A stretch of 64,000 bases of DNA, taken from contig NMRA01000842.1 in the NCBI GenBank assembly GCA_002633005.1, positions 57,072-121,071 of the forward strand, read 5' to 3'. This DNA is from Phoronis australis (taxonomy: Eukaryota > Animalia > Phoronida). Made by a program: the position numbers and the translations under genes. Below, in pieces: positions 49,946 to 63,295 of this stretch. The first letter of the stretch is position 1, and each line of letters starts with the position of its first letter. The notes under the pieces were generated by a model. That model had not been told where the DNA came from. It made no database searches and worked only from the letters and a program-made list of their open reading frames with translations.

Positions 49946-51545
49946 TTTGTTACATACAGGTAAAGTTTTTTTAACAGGCTTTCAGAGGATGTTTTCCCTT
50001 TTTCGCTGACGTCTCGTTCCAGTGATGCAATCTGATTTCCTACTTCCGGAATGCAGGAGAGTCTGTGCACCACTGTTGTCGTGGCAGACTTTAGAGGGGA
50101 CACTTCATTCTCTGTGACAAAGAGAGGGCTCTGTCCCATCTTGTGAACTCCACCCTCCTTCCATGGTTTATGCAGGCTGCAGCTATAGGTTCAGACCTGA
50201 ACTTGTTTTCCTGAACCCTGGATGAAGCCTTGGTGTGAAAACAGGTGTTGTAGTTTACCTACTATGGCTTTCAGATTGCATCTCATTGATGTTCAGTTGG
50301 CCAGCAGTTCATTTGGACTGTGTCCAGATTGTCCATAGGTAAATGCTGGACTCTCTGATGTGGACCCTTTTTCTGATTTATCTTTATTAAGAAAAGATTA
50401 TCCCATAATGCAGAAGGGGGACCATGTTCGGAACTTTCTTCAGATTTCTGAATTGTATATGAAGGCTTGTTCCAGGCTATTGCACTGTCTTATGAATGTC
50501 CAGAATTTAAGATTGCTGTTTAAGTGGTTTTTCCCCAGAATTTTTTGAAAAATCTTCAGTTCTAGACTAAGAATCAATGTCGCTGACTTCTCAATCAACT
50601 AATCAACTGTATTTGTTATGAGTTCCCAATTTCCTGACCATTCCACGCAACAGTTATAACAGTGCTTTTTCACTAGAGGCAACGCTTCATTTTTGGCAAC
50701 GTTTCGGTAAATTGGAAAGGTTGACTCATGCAAGCAGAACTGAGCTGAAATTGTATGACTTTTGTACTCGCTGGAACTTTGGTGTGGTGAGAAAGCTCTC
50801 TGCGAAACTTCGGTGAAGTTCTCAGCAGAGGTCATGGAAACAGTATTTATTTTGAAACCTGCCCCTTATAGCTGGCACCAGGTGGCACTGGGCATAAAAG
50901 AAGGATCCCAAATCATTTCAGTTGGCATCGGGTGATTTTTTCTTTTTGAAGATTTAAGCTGCTAAAAACACTGTAACATTTTATCAGTTTCCAAAAAAAT
51001 AACATACCAGACTCAATTGTGCTATTTTTGTCCATTTCCTTGTTCTTGATATCTTGTCCTTGATATTTTATTTTCATTCCATTCATTCCTGACCTTCAAG
51101 TTTGTTGTCATGCTAAATTGCTCTAGGGGGATTTCTGTCCTGGGACCATGAGTCATAGTCCATTACAACAAAACTTAGATTTCTTCTTTTTTAAAGTTTG
51201 AATGTTTAGTGCTTGTTCACTTGCTTGAGTGGTACCAACAGTGGGCTTTTGTCCCTTTACAATCAAGACTGGACTGGTAAGGTCTAATGGAAGCTTGATT
51301 TCCTATGAATTGTGCTTTCAATTGCCTATTGATCTCAAAAACTAGCCACTGCTCTTTCTTTACTGGCTGTCTAAATGGAGGGCATGAATGAAATGCTGAC
51401 ACTTTTCTGCCTCACCTACCCCAAACACTCTTCATTCACAACCATGTTTGGCCCAGTGGGTCATCACAATGCTGGAAATTGCTCTGCTATTTGGCAAGTA
51501 GATGTAGTTCAATTTTATTGATCACCAATTATTTTGTTAAGAACC

Positions 51546-51691
51546 CAGTACACTACTTGTACCTTGTGTTACTGCAGTACACTACTTGTACCTTGTGTTA
51601 CTGCAGTACACTACTTGTACCTTGTGTTACTGCAGTACACTACTTGTACCTTGTGTTACTGCAGTACACTACTTGTACCTTGTTTTACTGC
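51546..51691. repeat. Minisatellite, 29-bp unit x5
   Basis: CAGTACACTACTTGTACCTTGTGTTACTG repeated. Confidence 0.95.
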
Positions 51692-51933
51692 TTGCCACAT
51701 GGATTATTAGCATGACACATTGAATGGAATTCCTTTTAAATACCACTCTGTAAATATGGTAAATTTTAACCTTTTGATGTATTTCTTACTTCTGATTTTC
51801 AGAGGAACAGTTCAGTTTGTCAAATCTGCAAGCCACACACAGTCTACAGTTGGTGCAGAGGTCGTTAAAAACAATACGACATTCATTTTGGATAACTTCT
51901 TTTAACATTTTTCTTTAGTTTGTTCCTTCAACG

Positions 51934-52088
51934 ATGTCGCTCGGAGAGCTACTGCGCATATGCGAGCCACACTCAAGGAGTATTTTTAGACAACACGAGA
52001 AATTCAGAAAGAAGTTATCCATCAACGAATGTCCTATCGTTTTTAATGAACTCTGCGCCAGAGAGGCTCTGCTGCTGAATTATACTAA
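51934..52088 (+). mobile_element. Penelope-like retroelement ORF N-terminal fragment (second, shorter copy at about 13418-13495)
   Basis: MSLGELLR...RQHEKFRKKL...IVFNELCAREALLLNYT resembles, from my recollection, the FNxxCxxExLLPxYT N-terminus of Penelope-like ORFs. DNA similarity to 13418-13495 is directly visible (CAAGGAGTATTTTTAGACAA..CAGAAAGAAGTTATC). Confidence 0.5.
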
Positions 52089-52696
52089 GTCTATAGTTGG
52101 TTGTACATTTTTGTTCAGTGTTCACACACATTTTTTTCTCCCAGGTTTGATAGCTGTGATGGTAGTGTAAACAATTGCAGGGATCATTGTCTCTGGTTGT
52201 AAAAGTAGGGCTCTGTCACTAGATAACTTATTCCCAGCACATCCGATCCCATCTTAAAATGGGGAGTAATTAGTGTGGGGATAAGTAAAGCCAGGCAACT
52301 TTTGACAAAAGCATGCCTTCAACGTGACCCCGTTCACTTGGTACTCAGATTGCATTACCCGTATGCTGTCTGTTCACCTGTTCGCGTGTGGTTTTTCCCT
52401 GGATTATGAGATCATAGTCTCCACCAGCTTGGCTTGACTGGGGCTCTTGCCGTAGTTCTAACCACACGGCTAACTTCAAAGGATATTAAGTGCTTAAATG
52501 TCCACACACAGACTTACTTTAGAACAAGTTACTTCTGGAAATGCTGTCTCTTGGTTTGAGTGCTATGTAGACGTTATTTAAACTAGTACAACTTGCCGCA
52601 CCTTGTGGAGGTGGGATAACTTGTTCCAGGGTAACTTGCACCACTTCTAATCGCTGTGTTGCCGCAAACCTGGGTTAGGGTGGAAGTAACTGTCAG

Positions 52697-53012
52697 CTGC
52701 GGTTACATACAGACGGTGGATGTGAACCTGCGGTTACATACAGACGGTGAATGTGAACCTGGGGTTACATACAGACGGTGGATGTGAACCTGGGGTTACA
52801 TACAGACGGTGGATGTGAACCTGCGGTTACATACAGACGGTGAATGTGAACCTGGGGTTACATACAGACGGTGGATGTGAACCTGGGGTTACATACAGAC
52901 GGTGGATGTGAACCTGCGGTTACATACAGACGGTGAATGTGAACCTGGGGTTACATACAGACGGTGGATGTGAACCTGGGGTTACATACAGACGGTGGAT
53001 GTGAACCTGGGG
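52697..53012. repeat. Minisatellite, 31-bp unit x10, with 93-bp higher-order period
   Basis: CTG(C/G)GGTTACATACAGACGGTG(G/A)ATGTGAAC repeated. Confidence 0.95.
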
Positions 53013-53617
53013 TGAGAAGTGGACTTATGAGGACACATGCACCTGCCTAATTATGATAACATCTATCGTTGCTCTTTGATATCAACTCATATCTTTTTCC
53101 TGTGATGTATTGTAACAATGAAAATGATGCACTGGAAGGATTGATATGATGAGAGAAAGGAGACATCAGATAGATAATTGTTGACATTGTGTTTCAGAAG
53201 GAAGCATTAACTGTTTCCTGTCAATGCTGATTGACAGTGAGACAGTAATGGAATGCAAGGAAGAGTGGTTTAGAACACCATAACAAATCAGTCTTTGAAG
53301 TGCTAAGTTTCATCAACATTTTGTCTTTCTGTGTGTCAATCCTCATTGCTACTGGCGGTGTTCCAGGCTTAGACAGAAAACAACATGACATTGACTCAGT
53401 TGATTGACACAACTAATCCAGGCACCTGCTTTGTTTTCACTTTATGCCAATAATAATTCCTGCAGACTGCAGACCAATATCAAGTAATATATTCAACCTC
53501 TTTCAACAATCAGATATCCAGTTGTGCATAGATGCTCATATTTATCCTACTCTGAAGTATTGCCTCTGTGGTGTGGAAATAAAGCTGAACAAAGACTTAC
53601 ATGTAAATCTGGAATGA

Positions 53618-53879
53618 CCCTAAATGTGATCATGTCTGTGTGTCACTCTAGTCATATTCATGTGAATGTCCCTAAATGTGATCATGTCTGTGTGTCACTC
53701 TAGTCATATTCATGTGAATGTCCCTAAATGTGATCATGTCTGTGTGTCTGTCTAGTCATATTCATGTGAATGTCCCTAAATGTGATCATGTCTGTGTGTC
53801 TGTCTAGTCATATTCATGTGAATGTCCCTAAATGTGATCATGTCTGTGTGTAACTCTAGTCATATTCATGTGAATGTCC
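53618..53879. repeat. Tandem repeat, 52-bp unit x5
   Basis: CCCTAAATGTGATCATGTCTGTGTGTCACTCTAGTCATATTCATGTGAATGT repeated. Confidence 0.95.
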
Positions 53880-54107
53880 TTTTGTAATGTTCTGTATGAC
53901 ACTGCTCCTGATTTTGTGATGAGTTTGGTTGAATTAAAGTAGTAATTTGCAACTTGTAGTTCACCATTGACGACCTGTAGGATTACCATGGTTATGCAAG
54001 GGTTGCATGTCACAAAAGGAAAACATCTGGTACTCTAGGTGGGTGAAAGGCACCTTTTTAGGTTTGCGTACAAGTACTTGAAAATGGTTTGGATAATGAT
54101 GACAATA

Positions 54108-54539
54108 TCAAGGTACCTAAACTACATGGTCAACGGACTCATAAACACGGGCACGGACACATGAACACGACTCATGGACCTGCAAACACCGTCCACTGAC
54201 TCACAAACACGGGAACGGACTCACAAAACACGATCCACGCACCTAAATACACGGGACACTGACTCATATTCAGGAGGAAACACGGTTAACGGACCGCCAA
54301 ACACGGGTCACGGACTCATCGGCTTCCTGGGTCAGCTGACATCTTCCTTTTGTCCGTGACCCGTGTTTGGCGGTCTGTTAACCGTGTTTCCACGTGAATA
54401 TGAGTCCGTGTCCCGTGTATTTGGGTGCGTGGATCGTGTTTTGTAAGTCCGTTCCTGTATTTGTGAGTCAGTGGACGGTGTTTGCAGGTCCGTGGGTCGT
54501 GTTTATGAGTCCGTTGACCGTGTAGTTTAGGTACCTTGA
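54108..54539. mobile_element. Fold-back (palindromic) MITE with inverted arms of about 190 bp
   Basis: TCAAGGTACCTAAACTACA... versus ...TGTAGTTTAGGTACCTTGA; the arms match through ACACGGGTCACGGAC / GTCCGTGACCCGTGT; flanked by ATA on both sides. Confidence 0.8.
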
Positions 54540-56797
54540 ATACTGCCAATATCGGATACCCATATTCTTTTGGTACTGACACTGACTACAAAGTAAACTG
54601 GGCTATGTTGGAATGTAGTCATATTATGAATGGTTTGTTTGAATTGTTTAAAGTACTGCTTTGCAAACTGTAATTAAGACATCTTGAACAGGTGAAATGT
54701 GCTTACTTGTATAAAAAACTGCTGGGACCCTGGTTTTGTACCTGTATCAATATGTTGGTTATTTAATCACTGAGTTATTGAAACACAGATTTAGACAAGA
54801 AGGATGTTGTTGTCTCACATTGATAGGCTGAAATGAGGTCAATGGTTGCATCAATGTTTTTATATTCAATAACATTTGCCATTGGCTCTATAGGAGCCTA
54901 ATTATTTGTTTGCAATTGACCTAGATAGAACCCCCATGGGACTAATTATGTCACATGTTGTCTGTTACATGTTATTTGTCAACACTCCTGGTGGCAGACA
55001 CATTTGTCATGTTCAGCAGTGCAAACAAAGAATTTAAATTTGAATTAATTAACAAAATTAGCACTTAAGGTACCTACAGAACCAGAAAATGTACGACCTC
55101 TGACCATCAAGTAAAATATGCGGTTCTTCTCTAGCAGAAGCCGATGGAAATGCATGAATTGAGAACATGAAAACATTAGGAGGAGCGACACTTGGAGAAA
55201 TTGGCTGAACAGAATATTGGAGAGGATGATGGCAATGATGAAGATGATGATGATGATGGCGTTGATAAACATGTGCAGCAAAAATCAGTCAACAAAGGAA
55301 CAGCTTCATCAGAAAATCCCAAATAATTAAAAAACTAGACATCCTAGCGAAAAATGAAAAACATCTTCTGAAAGCCCGTTCAAAACTCTCTAACAGACTA
55401 GTTTCATAAAATACCTTAAATTTTTTGAAAAATTACATTGTTCTTCATTTTTTTGAAATTGAAAGACAAACAACCCAAAAACGGTTAACATGATAAAAAA
55501 TTGTTAGACTTCATTAGAAAGAGTGTACCTTAAAGAATCCACATGCAAAAATTCAAATTGTTTGCTCTTCCTGTTCAAAATGGTCCCCCAGAATGATTGA
55601 GAATGATGAAAATGTGTCAGATCTGCCATTTTGATAACAACTTTCAGTTAAGCAGCATTCAATATAAGGTACCCAAAGAACACTAACACATGAAAAATTT
55701 CGAAGCAATTGGTTTGACAATGCGCCCTTTACAGGTCAAAACCTTTTCATCCTGAAATCAAGGTGCCCAAACGCAATGGCTGATCTTTCCTTCATGTTTG
55801 ACCGGAAGTTGACAATTTACAGCACGTTTGTACCGTAGTACGTGTCTACTATAATAAACCTACCGATTTTCAGCCGTGTGCGTCAATAACTGTGACCTCT
55901 TTGAATCTGAATTCTAAAACAAAATGCCCGCCACATCCGTCATCTTGAATCTGATCATGAGAAAAAACAATTTAGGCTTCGAGCTATTCCAGAGCTAGAG
56001 GTTGTGTGTAAATTTCGTGCGAATCAGACAAAACAAAAAAATTAGTGTCAGGCGAATGACATAAATATATTTAGTGATTGCAAATCGTAACAAAACCCGT
56101 TTTATCAGAGTGGATTGAAGCTTGGTTCTGAAGTCACTAATGGTGGCCATTGGAGTGAGCTGCTGCAGTTCTGTACACGGGAGCCACATTTGTGTTGTGT
56201 GGATTTTGGGTGTCATAATATTACTCCATTGTTGGATTAATCAAGTACGTAATCCATTGTCAATGTGCCAGAACTTATTTAAACTAAACTGTTGAAACAT
56301 TTCTTCAACGAATCCAGGGATCTAGTGCATGCAATATCTACATTTGAGTGTGATTAATAAATAAATAAATGAAAGCGCTCCGAGGAGCGAACCTTGGCGA
56401 AATTAACCAAGAAGATGACGATAAAGATGATGACGAAGATGACGAATATGACGACGATGGTGGCGAGGTTGAACAAAAGAAGTAATAACAACATACACAT
56501 GACAAATGTTGAAGTCCGAAATCAGTAAGAAAAAGGCTACAGTTTTGAGCGACACTTGGCGAAATTAACAGAAAAGACATCACGACGGAGATGATTACGA
56601 AGATGATGACGATGATGACGAATATGATGACGGTGGTGGCGATGATGAACAACATCACAACATTCATATGACGAACTTAGATGTCATAAATCAATAAGAA
56701 ATAGGCTACAGTCTAGTTCAATAGAAGATAAACCAAAATCAATGCAGCAAGAGCGCTCAACAAAGGAACAGCGTTATCAGAAAATCTCAAATAACTC

Positions 56798-57304
56798 NNN
56801 NNNNNNNNNNNNNNNNNNNNNNNNNNNNNNNNNNNNNNNNNNNNNNNNNNNNNNNNNNNNNNNNNNNNNNNNNNNNNNNNNNNNNNNNNNNNNNNNNNNN
56901 NNNNNNNNNNNNNNNNNNNNNNNNNNNNNNNNNNNNNNNNNNNNNNNNNNNNNNNNNNNNNNNNNNNNNNNNNNNNNNNNNNNNNNNNNNNNNNNNNNNN
57001 NNNNNNNNNNNNNNNNNNNNNNNNNNNNNNNNNNNNNNNNNNNNNNNNNNNNNNNNNNNNNNNNNNNNNNNNNNNNNNNNNNNNNNNNNNNNNNNNNNNN
57101 NNNNNNNNNNNNNNNNNNNNNNNNNNNNNNNNNNNNNNNNNNNNNNNNNNNNNNNNNNNNNNNNNNNNNNNNNNNNNNNNNNNNNNNNNNNNNNNNNNNN
57201 NNNNNNNNNNNNNNNNNNNNNNNNNNNNNNNNNNNNNNNNNNNNNNNNNNNNNNNNNNNNNNNNNNNNNNNNNNNNNNNNNNNNNNNNNNNNNNNNNNNN
57301 NNNN
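56798..57304. other. Assembly gap (507 N) within repeat-derived sequence of the Bcl-2 intron
   Basis: Run of N. Confidence 0.99.
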
Positions 57305-60300
57305 CATCCGGGACATTTATTGTGCTGATTTTCAGCTCTGTACGTAAAAAATTGTAGCCTCCAGAAGCCTTTGAATCTTAAAATGAAAACAAAATGGCCG
57401 CCACAGCCGCCATCTTGGATCCGATTTCGACGAAAAACAATAGGCTTCCAGTACTTCTGGAAGTACGTGTTATGTGTAAATTTCGTGATGATCGGACGAA
57501 AATTGCGACCTGTATCGTGCGAACAAAACAAACATAGTGTCAGAGCAATATACTTGGCGAAATTTCGCCAAGTAATAAAACAGGCATCGTGACATATCAT
57601 TGGTACCTAAATGCTATTTTTTGAGAATTGTGACTTGCTGAGTGTGGGACTCATCTTGCCACCAGAAGTTTTCAATTTGAGCTCCACTTGAGCTAATAAC
57701 CTGTGCAGTAGGGGTTAATGGTGATCTGCAAATACTTGTCACAAATATTTATGATTATCAGCTGATGTGGGCTTATTTAGTATTGTGTTTAATCCAGGGG
57801 TCAGTGCATCTTCAGCTCAGGGCAAAAATAGGTAGACCGGCTGAGGTAAGTCATTCAGCTGTTTACCTGTAGTCTAGGCTTTACCATTAGTCATAGTCAT
57901 GTGTCTCCTTGAAAAGCAGTCTGTTCTTAGAAAAGTGATAAAAGTGCACTCACCGTTAGCTCCACATGAACTTTCTTAAATGTCAATAACAATGAGAACA
58001 ATAATAATAATAATGGTGGTAAAATAGCAACAACAACAATAATAATAATGATAATAATAATAGTAGTTGTAACAGAATTAGTTTTGTACAAGTTATCAAG
58101 CCACCTATAGGTCAACAGGTTGGGTTCATACTGATAGGGTTTATTTGTGTCAGTAATTACATCCCTCATTGGGGTTTGTTCTAAAGGAATTCCATGATTT
58201 GTAGTTATGTTTCTTAATGGATTTTAAAGAACTTGAACATGTGCTTATTAAAGAGCGTGGGGTTACTGTGCAGGGCATGATGAGGAAATTTGGAATTTTT
58301 CAAATGTTTATGTTTTTAAAGATTGGCAAAATAAATTTCCAGTTTTCTGTTATCACTGTACTAAAGTAGACAGCGTTCATTTTGTATTAGTGTTGTACAA
58401 ACTGTACACTGTTTTGTATGATCATTAAAACAAAAGTAGTTTTTGTGATATTCTCACTTGGATTCTGCACTTCCACCTGTTCACCATTTGTTACTTAAAA
58501 CAATATAATTAACAATAATGTAGTGCTCCATTTGGCGACCTGCAGGTCACCAATGCGATCAGATTGTGTTTGGCAACCTGGGAAATACCTGTCGCCACTT
58601 CGAGTATAAAGTCAGACAATAATTCTCCCTAAATTTGTTTCAAAGTTTGTGTTGACTTCCTAACTTTAAATTAGATTCGTTACCTTTTGTTCACAATTAT
58701 TGTGTTTATTTTGTGAAGTCGGTGGAAGTGAAGCGATGAAAGTCAGCATTGCTAAAAAATCGAGCAAGATTGGTGAACCAGGCGCCACCAGTGTATGTGA
58801 TTGTCTGCATTCCATGTTCGCTAACTGGCAGGAGGAATTGAGTAAGGGAATGAGGAGTGAAAAGTACATTTAGGTATAGAGGGGAGGGGAGAAATTGAAG
58901 AGGTACATGCAAGAATCTGGGAACGGTACGTTTTTTTTAGTCGACAAGTTATACGTGCCAGACTTGGAAAGTTAGATTTCATTTGACAACCTGAACTTTT
59001 CAGTTTTAGTGACTTCAGATTTCGTTTGGTGACCTCAGATTTTTGCCAAATGGGACTTGGTGCTTAGCCAAGCATCAAGCACTGTACTGGCTCTTTGCTC
59101 TGGGAACTGGACTTTACTTCAGTTATTGTTCGTACATTGTATTTCCCATTAAAAGCATTTTAATAGATGCAATTAAAATTTTTCAGTAAAAGTTTGGAAA
59201 ATTTAAATTGTTAAGTACCCGACGGAAAACTAGAGCGCAAGCTCCTCGCATAGACATCGGTAGATAGGAGTATCTATTGTTCACTTTGTTTTTCTTTCTT
59301 ATAATAAAGATAATGGTAAGCATTTATCGGTAACTGGCTGATGTGCGCCTAAGATACGATATCCACGCGACCTGTATTGTTATATCCAACTAAGACGAAA
59401 GAAAGGAAAACAATTTTAGCGTCGCGCTTACGCCTGTTGCATCGATCTCGCAAGTTAAACAATAGCATACGAAATCCACGTGACATCTTTTGGCATGGGG
59501 CTTGTTCTTTGTCGGTAAAAAATCTTTTGTTTGGGACTCTAAACAGCTTAAAGGTGAAATTTCATTGTGTCAAATTTAACTTTTCTGGAAAATTTACTTT
59601 GCTTTTAGTGTGGTTTGTATAGCAAAACTGTTAACAAACAACATATGGTAAAAATTTGAAGATTTGCAATAATGTGGAAAGCCTCTGAAAAATATAAATA
59701 TGAGAATTTCAACAATTTTTTAACCCCAAATTGAATAATTGTTACAAATGTTAAAATGTTGAAAGGATCAGGGGAGACAGGGATGCTTAAAACATGGCAT
59801 AAACATCCGTTTTGTTGACCTCAGATGTAAACCCAAAATCCCTGCGAAAATCTGCACTAGTTGTTCATGCATGTGGCTAGTTTTGTTCTTGATAACCTTG
59901 TATGCTGTTATTGTATTCATTTATTAGTATATCATAATAAAAACAATTGTGACGCTTGTGATTAAATCAGGTGGCAGGCCTTTGTTGGAGATAGGTGATG
60001 ACTGTGGATATTCCTGCGGGCTTATTAAAACATGCAAATGTTACACTTTTGAACCTTCAGGTAGATTTGACACCTGTGATTGCAACACGATTGAAAGTTG
60101 ACTGTTTTGATGTGACAGTTCATAGTATTCATTCCTAGTAATTTGGATTCATAATTGTCATATGATAAATCGCTGACTTTCGAAATAGCCGCGCCATATT
60201 GAAGTTCACTATCGCACCAGACGTCGATCAGATCTTTGGTTGACAGTTGTTCAGCGCCACCTATAGATCTCATGTAATACTGACATGCGGTCTCTACCTA

Positions 60301-61503
60301 CTGGTATAAACACTGTTTGAATACCTTTCCTGTTGTGCCAATGGCAGCACATTTGCATTGTTGTGTGGTGGGATATACTAATGTCATACCAAAAGGGCAA
60401 ACCTTTTGAAATATCAATGAATGAACAAGGACACCGTGTTCCATACATTTCCCACTGCGAAGAAATGTCTGCAACAAAACCAGTGGCTGCAGCTGATGGT
60501 TTCTTTCCTGGCTGTTGTCAGAATGCTAAAATAAATTAGTAAATTTAGAATAATCAGAACAAGAGGAGGGTCTGAGAGTGGAATTTACTCCTCTGCTTTT
60601 ATAATGAACAACTATGAAGTAATGGATTTTTTGTCTGCCAATTCTGGTATGAATCGCACATCACTTTCATGCTCTCCTTACTCTAGAGAGCACCAGTATG
60701 TAAGTCCCTGATTGAAGTTGTTAGCTTAGTGTGATTTGTAACTGTCTTCAAGTGTCTTTTACTATGTACCATCTTTCACTAATGATATTTCCAAATTCTG
60801 TTACTTGTTTGAAACAGACGAATGATGAGAAAAGTTGAGGTGGGTGTTTACTGCCAACTGTCAGTAGTTGACACCCATGTCATTATGTTGTTGTCACAAA
60901 TATGTATCTCAGTTGCCTTCAAATTTAGAATATCGCAGAGCAGGGAAATTCTGTGGCATAAAAGTTCGCAGTAATAACCAGAAGGAAATGTTTCTTCCAT
61001 TGTTTACTCTGTTTACATTACGCAGCTGTCATACACAAACTTACGGTGAAATCTTCAGATTTTTTAACAATGTAAGCAGTAACGTTTTTGAAATATAGAA
61101 AAATGACAATGGTAATTTATTTTTGTTCAAGTTGAAGGAAGTGGTGTTGATAAAGGAGTTAGATTAGTGTCCGCTGTAAAGTGAGCATTAGGATGTTGTT
61201 GCTATGAAACTGTACCGTGGGCTTTAACCTGCATGGAAACTGCTGTTAAAATGTAATTTGTTCCACCTCACAAGTCATTTCCTGCAGTGAGACCAGTAAG
61301 AATGTCCTTCAAAAGTTTTATTTGGTCCACTTTTGATTATCTGGGTGCACTCTAGATTTGTTACGCATTTTGTTTCTACAATTGAAAAAAGTTATCCTTT
61401 CATTACATCACAAGATGTTATGACCTGCTCGTTTATTGTTGTGCGATGGGAAACCAACTTTGTTTTAATTGCTGAACTAAGGGTTTTCTTCTGTGCATTT
61501 CAG

Positions 61504-61644
61504 GATGGTTTCGTGGAGTTCTATGAAGGTGGCAAAAATGGTCACCATGACGATGCATGGCCATCATGGTTACGGGTGTGCGGCTATGCAGCTGGAATTG
61601 CAGGAATGGTGGCTGTGGGGGCCTCCCTTATTCAGAAGACATGA
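61504..61644 (+). CDS. BCL2: Bcl-2-like terminal coding exon (end of BH2 DGFVEFY plus C-terminal membrane anchor)
   Basis: Acceptor ttttcttctgtgcatttcag, phase 0. GGW|DGFVEFY completes BH2, followed by the hydrophobic tail VCGYAAGIAGMVAVGASLIQKT*. Confidence 0.92.
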   Translation, partial: DGFVEFYEGGKNGHHDDAWPSWLRVCGYAAGIAGMVAVGASLIQKT

Positions 61645-62588
61645 TATCGTTGATTGGACCTCTCACCCTGTTTTACAAGACACAGGTTGTGTTGTTAACC
61701 AACCTGCCAACTGAGCTGATGGATGTCTGAGTACTGGAGACTGTCTTATGTACTTCAGAGATAGAGCTTGCCTGTCAGACTACAGATGTTTGTTAGCTGG
61801 TTCTGATTGGACTTGGAACTGTTTGTGCAATTTTTATTTGTAGATTAAAGGCAGAACACTTGCAAGTGGATTCATTGTATTCCAAGTAAAACTAAGTTAA
61901 GTGGCTGAGGTTTCTGTCCATAGTTTTGTTTAAGAAAACTTTCTCTTTGGTATACACCTGCAGTGTATGTGGTGAGAAATAATTACAAAACCTTACAGGG
62001 TTTTGTTACATCATGTCACTTAGTTGTGTTTAAATAATGGGGTAGCGTTCCATAAATTAACTTTCTTGCTAAGGAAGCAGATCCTGCAAGTTGACACAAA
62101 ATTGTGTGAATGGAGGGGGAGTTAGTATGCTTGACACTTTAACTTGCAAATAGACCACAATTGGAATGATTTGTAAATGAGTTTGTCATATTGAATTATT
62201 GGATAGAATTCGTACATTTTGAGGTAGAATACACTATTTCCGTTTCAAAGCAAATGTAGGAACGCTGCCCCAGAGCAACTGATACAAGGCCAACACTGCC
62301 CCCTGTTGGACCCAGAGCAACTCATAAAGACCATCACTTTCTTGTAGATTAAATACAGAAGTATAGTATTTAATCTATGACTTCCCCTGTCAATACTTGA
62401 CCAGTATGTGCAGCCAATCCTCAGCAGGCAGCTAACAACTTCACTTGGCCTATCATTGTCTGCAGGCTGGCTCAGCCCTTTTATGCTGCCTGTTGTTTTC
62501 AGCAGGTCTGTATATCAAGCTGCGCATACTTTCCAATAATGTGTTATCTGTGGAAAGCGCAAATATATTTATTTCTGTGTAGTAGTAG

Positions 62589-63295
62589 CCGGGTGAGAAG
62601 TAACATGACCGCCGGACCCAAAATATGACGGCCGGTCCTCCGAATCAGACCGAGTAGCCACAAAACAGGACCCATGGGGATGGAATGTGACCACCGCACG
62701 AGAAAATGGAGCCGACGCATTTAAAAACAGGAGCTCGCCTTCACAAAACAGGACCAACAGAGACTGAAAATGACTGCTGGACAAAATGTTATCAATGCCG
62801 TCTGTGTGACACTTGTTTTGATGATACTTTACTCGATAACCAGTTATCCCTGAATGCATTATTTGACTTGACTAAAACGTCAATTTGGAAAAATAAGCTT
62901 TGTTTTGTTCTAGAACTAACACAATGGATAAAATTGTAATTATTAAGCTAAAAATGTTCAACATGTTTGGTTTTTGGTTAGATTTATTAATTTAAATGTT
63001 GCCAGAGAGTATAGTTTGTAGTTTCCTACTGTACATAAATTGTTCAGATTTGACTGTTTATATGCCATCATAATTGAGTGGTGGGGCGGTCATGTTTCAA
63101 TCCCCGGCAGTCATGTTCAGTCTCCGGCACTCCTGTTTAGTGATGAGGCAGTTATGTTTTAGGTGTGTCGGTTCCAGTTTATGGTGCGGTCGTCCCATTT
63201 GATCCCCGTATGTCCTGTTTTGGGGTGAATCGGTTTGATTCAGAGCACCGGCGGTCATGTTTTAGGTCCGGCGGTCCTGTTGTTTCTCACCCATG
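62589..63295. mobile_element. Same long-TIR family, older copy 3
   Basis: Degenerate TIRs; TSD AGTAG at 62584-62588 and 63296-63300; internal 62890-62990 resembles 40135-40240. Confidence 0.82.

Noticed and set aside
51851-51890. Possible hammerhead ribozyme upstream of the Penelope-like fragment (stem GTCGT/ACGAC)
   Set aside because: The catalytic core sequences CTGANGA and GAAA are absent around the stem.
56713-57600. Long ORFs across 56.7-57.6 kb
   Set aside because: Artefacts of the N gap.
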